The notes under the pieces were generated by a model. That model was not told the DNA's origin. It was given only the letters and a program-made list of their open reading frames with translations, and ran no database searches. 64,000 nt of DNA from a virus (Duplodnaviria > Caudoviricetes), in IMG/VR virus record IMGVR_UViG_3300028805_000067, positions 71,256 through 135,255 of that record, one strand, 5' to 3'. The position numbers and the translations under genes are program-made. Positions 58,919 to 64,000 of this stretch are shown piece by piece. Position 1 is the first letter of the stretch; every line of letters starts with the position of its first letter.

Positions 58919-60178
58919 ATCAGCGATTGATTTAGCTCCACGCAATAGATTTTGATCAGGGGTTTCAGATGCCACGTAATCGCTATTTAATTGAGTCGCA
59001 GACATAATAAATACATTATACTGTACACATATATCCTTCAGTCTAATACTCATCATAAATAGAATGTTATCTTCTCTAAGACGGACGCCGCCTGAACGCT
59101 TTGTAATTTCTTCCAAAACTTTCATACTTGTATGAAGATAATCAAGGAAGATATAAATAACACCCCTATCACGAATATTTTTCTTTACTGTATTTTCGAC
59201 ATCTTGTAAACTAAAATCTGGTAAAGATTCAAAGTAAAGTGAGCCAGCTTTAATAATTTGAGCAGCTTGCTTTACTCTTTCATATTCCCCTACATAATAT
59301 TGACCTGTTAAAATATGTTCTTCATCAACACCACTAATAAAAGCGAGACACATTGTTTGCACTTCTGACAAATCTTGCTCAGTTGCTATATATAATGTTG
59401 GTTGAGCAACACCCGTACTTTTCCAGCATTCTTCCTTTAAATCCCATATCTGATTACAGCCAATATAACAGGCATCCGCCACCATACTTCTTGACTTACC
59501 TACACCTGTGGCAGCTGACCTTAAATAAAATTTACCTAATCTTGCTCCTCGTGTGATTGTATTAATATAAGGTCCAAATAAAGGATAACCAATCTCTGGG
59601 CACTCTTTAAATTTTTCTATTAATTCTTCTATTCCTGTGCCCATTTGTTCAGATTCTTCATCTGCCAAATCAGCATATTTTAATTTAATGTTATCTATTT
59701 TATCATCAATTTTCTTTACTATATCTACAAGAGTAGCATTATCAAGCCAATCTTCTTGTTGCTGTTGTTTCTTAACATCTAATTCATTAGGGTTATATAC
59801 AAATGTTAAATCCATTCCAAGAGATTCATATCCGCGAAGTAAAGACATCTTTTTTAATCTTTGATAATAATAATCAAATGCTTGGGATTGAGCATTCTCT
59901 TTACATGTTAAGATGTATTCACCACCCTTATTTTGATCATAAATTGCTTTCTTATTAGGTCGTTGTGATAAGTAATCTTCTATTGTTTCAAGAGATAATG
60001 ACTTACCACCTAAATGCCAAATATTATACATTGAGCCAAAAACAATTCTATGAAATTCATTAGGAAAATCATCTTCACTAAAAGTATATTTATCTTCATT
60101 ATCTAATAATGAAGGATTTAAAAAGATATTACCTATGACTTGAACAATTGCAGAAGTATCTACAAATTTAGTTTTCAT
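58919..60178 (-). CDS. dnaB: replicative DnaB-like helicase, exon 1
   Basis: AATGVGKS Walker A, ATE, IFLDY Walker B, ATQLN. Confidence 0.9.
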
Positions 60179-60707
60179 TATTATCTCCTTCGTTATTTAA
60201 TGATTTAAATATTTTATGCGGCGGGCGTTGTGGCTGAGGCGGTTTAATAGTTACTGTAGAAGTTTGCACTTTTGCTAATTTATCAGCGCCTAACATAGCT
60301 CGCTGTTGTGCTTCCCATATCTGGTAATAATAATCATAGGCCTCTTGATACACATAAGGAATAATACCAATGCCGCCATTACTTTTGGCAGCATCATTCT
60401 TTTTAACTTCATAGAAATAAATTAAAGTTGTTTTCATTCCTTTTAAAGTATATCCTTTATTAAGATATTCTTTAATCTGTTTTTTTATTAAAACCCAATT
60501 CGCTTTCTTACCATATATCTTACTAATACAATCATTCAATGCTTTTGCGTCAGGATCTTTTTCAGTAGAACCAGTCATAGGTATTAGTTCACCTTTTGGA
60601 AAGCATTTTTGATGTGCATAACGAGTTTTACTTGCTTTTACGCCTTGTATACTATTTAAATCAAATGATTCTCCACATACTACACATTTTACAATATGTT
60701 TTGCCAT
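60168..60707 (-). CDS. hypothetical replication-associated Zn-finger protein
   Basis: CVVC..HQKC, GIGIIPYVY; directly upstream of the helicase. Confidence 0.55.
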   Translation of the reverse strand: MAKHIVKCVVCGESFDLNSIQGVKASKTRYAHQKCFPKGELIPMTGSTEKDPDAKALNDCISKIYGKKANWVLIKKQIKEYLNKGYTLKGMKTTLIYFYEVKKNDAAKSNGGIGIIPYVYQEAYDYYYQIWEAQQRAMLGADKLAKVQTSTVTIKPPQPQRPPHKIFKSLNNEGDNNEN

Positions 60708-60816
60708 TTTTCTTATTTCCTTTTTTATAATATTTTCCTTATAAGAATATTATAACATAATTTTTTAAAAAAATAAAATGCGGCAACCGCCTAAGCAGTT
60801 ACCGCATAATCTATTT

Positions 60817-61809
60817 TTACAGTTGTGAAATTAAATCTTCTTTTATTTCTTCATTAATCAGATGAATTAACTCAACTTGGTCTATTGTTGCTTCAGATAC
60901 TTTCTTACCTTTTCCAAGATATTTAGTAATAACCTGTGAGATAAGTGGACCGAACTTATCTTGGTCAGCTGCCATTAGTTTGCTAATCATTTCTTTACAG
61001 TTTGTCATTTCAACAGAGTAATCATAATTCTGTGCTATTTCAACAGTTTCTCTTTCATTTGTTACAAACTTATTATTTAATTCAGCAGCTTCTTTATCTA
61101 TTGCATCTTGTACTGCTTGTACAAGTGCTTCATAACTCATTTCGCATTCAGGAGCCATATACTTAAATCTACTTCCAGTATCAACACTATTATCTGTTGA
61201 ACGAAGAATGAGTTTTACTTTTGCCATACCTCCATCTTCATATTTTTCAGTATAAGCATAAATATCTGCTAAGTCTTTTGCGATATTATTAAAAGTATTT
61301 GCGCAAGATGGAACAGTTTGATTATATTTTGTACCATCTTTTCTTGTAAATTCTTTATCTTTATCATGTGAAATGAAAAATACTGCATACCCCTGTGAAG
61401 TAATTGCTCTTATTGTTTCAGAGAACTCTTTTTTCAGTAAATTCCAACCAGAGCCAAAATTACCCGCTGCGGCAATAGAGTCTACACCTTTTTGTGAAAG
61501 AATATACTTTTCTACCATTTCGCCTGCTATATCTACTGTATCAAAGATAATAACTTTGAATTTTTCTTTTACTTCAGGTTTCTTTAATTCCCTACATACT
61601 GATTTAACATCACCCCAAGACGCTATATCTACTGGAAATACCCCAGGTAATGCGCCATAACCTTTTTCAAAGGCAAGGAGCAGCGCACCCCCCGCCCTTG
61701 TAGCTAAAGTTGTTTTTCCAGACTTAGCAGGCCCATAGAGGTAGGTTATATAACCAGAAAGGTCACGAGAAACTTTATGCGGCTGTATAGCCAATAAATC
61801 TATAGCCAT
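60817..61809 (-). CDS. Sak4/AAA_24-like ATPase (ssDNA annealing/recombination)
   Basis: YGPAKSGKTT, FEKG, IIFDT, ISH. Confidence 0.8.
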   Translation of the reverse strand: MAIDLLAIQPHKVSRDLSGYITYLYGPAKSGKTTLATRAGGALLLAFEKGYGALPGVFPVDIASWGDVKSVCRELKKPEVKEKFKVIIFDTVDIAGEMVEKYILSQKGVDSIAAAGNFGSGWNLLKKEFSETIRAITSQGYAVFFISHDKDKEFTRKDGTKYNQTVPSCANTFNNIAKDLADIYAYTEKYEDGGMAKVKLILRSTDNSVDTGSRFKYMAPECEMSYEALVQAVQDAIDKEAAELNNKFVTNERETVEIAQNYDYSVEMTNCKEMISKLMAADQDKFGPLISQVITKYLGKGKKVSEATIDQVELIHLINEEIKEDLISQL

Positions 61810-61826
61810 TTCCTACCTCCTATGCA

Positions 61827-62819
61827 TTAGAACAACTGAAAACTTTCGTTCTTAACACTTGTTACTGTTGCTTTAGGCGCTGATGTGTTATCTCCAAAAG
61901 GAAGTTCATTCTTGCTATTCTGATACTCAACTGCACGGTTCTTTTCAGCTGCAAGTTTAATCTCTCTATCAGCCTTAGCTTTCTTTACTTCTTCAATTGA
62001 AAGAAGGTCACCCTCTTCACCGAATGAATAAGGAACGCCCGCCATATTGTCAATAACAACTTCTTTTCTTGTCTTTGTTACCTCTTTAACAATAGGTTCG
62101 CCCCAAGCAGACTCTTCTTCAATTCTAACAGAAGAATTTACATTATTTATATGTCCAATTGCCTTTACGAAGTAAGGGCCTTTATCTAACTCGCCCAGAA
62201 TGAAATCAATACCTTTAGGATTGTAAAGGTTAAACTTCATAGGCAAAATTTCTTTTCTAAAGTTAAATACTGCACCTTCAAGCTCAAGGAAACGAGGGGT
62301 ATGATTTTCTTCATCCTCTTCATGCTCAATACCCTTTGTGAACAGAACATCAGCTTCAACCTTATTACGAGCTTCAACATTTGCATCAATAGATGATACA
62401 ATTGTTACAAAACCGCCACTATAGATTCTTGCTGAAACAAGTTCCCAATCAGTAGTGCCATTTCTATTTGTATAGAAGTCATTAAGGTCAAGTGAAGTAT
62501 CTACTTTTACCTTAATTGCGCCCTCTTTACCAGAATTCATAACTGTTTTATTTTCAGTGATAATAGTATTAAGTGCAGTATATGTTCTATTTTCAGAACC
62601 AGCCTTTGTAGTAGGAGTTACATAAGTATAATCGACTTCTACAATATTCTGTGCATCTTCATCAACTTGTACTTTAAGTTTTCCACCGATATAACTCTTA
62701 CCAAAATTAGGATTAGGAGTTCCATCAGGTTTCTTTTCTGACTTTACTGTTTTAATCTCAAGTGAATGCTCATAAACATAACCCTGAATCTTTACGCTAT
62801 TTAACATCTTATCTTTCAT
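61827..62819 (-). CDS. putative single-stranded DNA-binding protein
   Basis: Two OB-like halves (NSVKIQG.., NKVEAD..), ELPF and terminal F tail; adjacent to Sak4. Confidence 0.6.
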   Translation of the reverse strand: MKDKMLNSVKIQGYVYEHSLEIKTVKSEKKPDGTPNPNFGKSYIGGKLKVQVDEDAQNIVEVDYTYVTPTTKAGSENRTYTALNTIITENKTVMNSGKEGAIKVKVDTSLDLNDFYTNRNGTTDWELVSARIYSGGFVTIVSSIDANVEARNKVEADVLFTKGIEHEEDEENHTPRFLELEGAVFNFRKEILPMKFNLYNPKGIDFILGELDKGPYFVKAIGHINNVNSSVRIEEESAWGEPIVKEVTKTRKEVVIDNMAGVPYSFGEEGDLLSIEEVKKAKADREIKLAAEKNRAVEYQNSKNELPFGDNTSAPKATVTSVKNESFQLF

Positions 62820-62893
62820 ATCTACTTTTTCCTTTCAAAATAACTTTTTTCTTAACTTTGTATAATAATTATATCATAATTTTTTATTTTTGT

Positions 62894-63616
62894 CTATTCG
62901 GCATCATTATGATAAAATATTAATTCTTCCGCATAAGGAAGTGTTTTTATAAAATCAACGAACTGATGCCACTCTGATAACTTGTGTTTTGACCTCCAAT
63001 GAACTATGTTTCTTAGCACTTCATAATTAGCTGTCCATGTTCTAGTCTGTAGCCAACTTTCGGGAAGAAGTCTAATTAATTCCTTCCAATATCTAATATC
63101 TTTAGTTTCAACATAGCGTTGACGAAGTGTTTCACAATGGTCAATTACTTCATCCCATATATCATCTGTATAATCATCAATATTATAAGGTTCTCTATCA
63201 AAAACCTTCATATTTTCATAATCATCCATTTCAAAACATTCTTTAGTTATTGGTGTACTAGCTAGTTTATGCATTGTACTAGTAGAATTTGCGGTTGTTC
63301 CTATCTTGTAGGTATCCAGCTCCTTCCAGAGGTATAACGGGCAGGTGAGGTCGATTGTAACAAAGATTTGACGAAGAAATTTAGAGTGCGGAGGCCCGCC
63401 TTTAATCAGTCTTTGAGCTAGGTCTAAATCTTTTTCACCAATTATAAAGGTACTGCCATTACCACACCAGTTTGGATCGTACTCACAATCTTTACATTGT
63501 TTATTTTCTGCAAAACAATCTAAATGACTATCACTTTTAGCCCAGCTTTCAAGCGGATTCCTCATTCCTCGTAATGCGCCCTCAAAATTAAATACCTCTG
63601 CGTGTTCAAATTTCAT
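62894..63616 (-). CDS. ThyX-like flavin-dependent thymidylate synthase family protein
   Basis: RGMRNP, HSKFLR, DTYKIG..S.STMH, LLPES..R..NY..L. Confidence 0.65.
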   Translation of the reverse strand: MKFEHAEVFNFEGALRGMRNPLESWAKSDSHLDCFAENKQCKDCEYDPNWCGNGSTFIIGEKDLDLAQRLIKGGPPHSKFLRQIFVTIDLTCPLYLWKELDTYKIGTTANSTSTMHKLASTPITKECFEMDDYENMKVFDREPYNIDDYTDDIWDEVIDHCETLRQRYVETKDIRYWKELIRLLPESWLQTRTWTANYEVLRNIVHWRSKHKLSEWHQFVDFIKTLPYAEELIFYHNDAE

Positions 63617-63624
63617 CTTCGTCC

Positions 63625-63999
63625 TCACAATTCCATTGACTTACCAATTCCACTGCTCGTATTATAACCAGCATTAACGCTATTAAAAAGTTTAATATAA
63701 GTAGTTTCTTTCTCATTTAATTCTTCCTTTTTGCAACTGTCTAATAATTCAAAAGTAAAATTCCATATTCCATATTTTTGCATAGCATTATATAGTTTAT
63801 TTGATGCGGGAGTGTCTATTCCGCAGCCGCATTTACAATGTTCCTGCCAACGCTTGTTAACATCGACAGCCTGTCCCACATAACACTCGCCAGTAGGTAT
63901 ATAAGTAATTTTATAAATACCAGTAACAACTTTATCACCTAATACTTTGGATGATAATGTTTTAAGCGGTTTTTGTATATATGTTTGCCATAATAACAT
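63625..63999 (-). CDS. protein with C-terminal GIY-YIG nuclease domain (5' end probably outside the window)
   Basis: GIYKIT..CYVGQA..RW..H..E..GYN. Confidence 0.75.
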   Translation of the reverse strand: MLLWQTYIQKPLKTLSSKVLGDKVVTGIYKITYIPTGECYVGQAVDVNKRWQEHCKCGCGIDTPASNKLYNAMQKYGIWNFTFELLDSCKKEELNEKETTYIKLFNSVNAGYNTSSGIGKSMEL

Positions 64000-64000
64000 A

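Noticed and set aside
38140-60178. Pseudogenes, split inteins or stop-codon recoding as the cause of split dut, nrdD, dnaE and dnaB
   Set aside because: Group I P/Q/R/S elements, U at the 5' splice site and terminal G restore each frame exactly; no Cys..His-Asn intein ends; long ORFs are intact in code 11
11188-61660. Short antisense or alternate-frame ORFs inside large structural and replication genes
   Set aside because: Fully overlapped by well-supported genes, with no RBS or motifs

Overview
Part of a large, AT-rich tailed phage genome with SPbeta-like siphovirus gene order. The host is probably a Firmicute/Clostridia, judging by the strong AGGAGG RBSs and sigmaA promoters. There are three modules. 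(1) 1-10 kb is a leftward early/accessory region of about 25 tiny ORFs and several non-coding transcripts, driven by 22 co-oriented near-consensus sigma70/sigmaA promoters. (2) 10.2-37.4 kb is the rightward morphogenesis module: terminase, portal, protease/scaffold, capsid, neck, tail tube and a 2791-aa tape measure. (3) 37.5-64 kb is the leftward replication/nucleotide-metabolism module: RuvC, dUTPase, NrdD, Gmk, DnaE, two MTases, PncA, Dda/RecD, RecJ, primase, DnaB, Sak4, SSB and ThyX-like. Four group I introns, each with a homing endonuclease, interrupt dut, nrdD, dnaE and dnaB, and all eight splice junctions can be read from the sequence. The most striking unexplained structure is in the early region. 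Ten GC-rich palindromes, each exactly 39 bp with conserved ends but unrelated stem sequences, recur about every 0.9 kb and cut the region into promoter-gene-terminator cassettes. Also notable there are a palindromic box at a fixed position next to the weak-35 promoters only, a covarying 43-nt RNA motif in two copies, and tRNA-like RNAs. All product calls come from motif recognition by eye; no database search was run.
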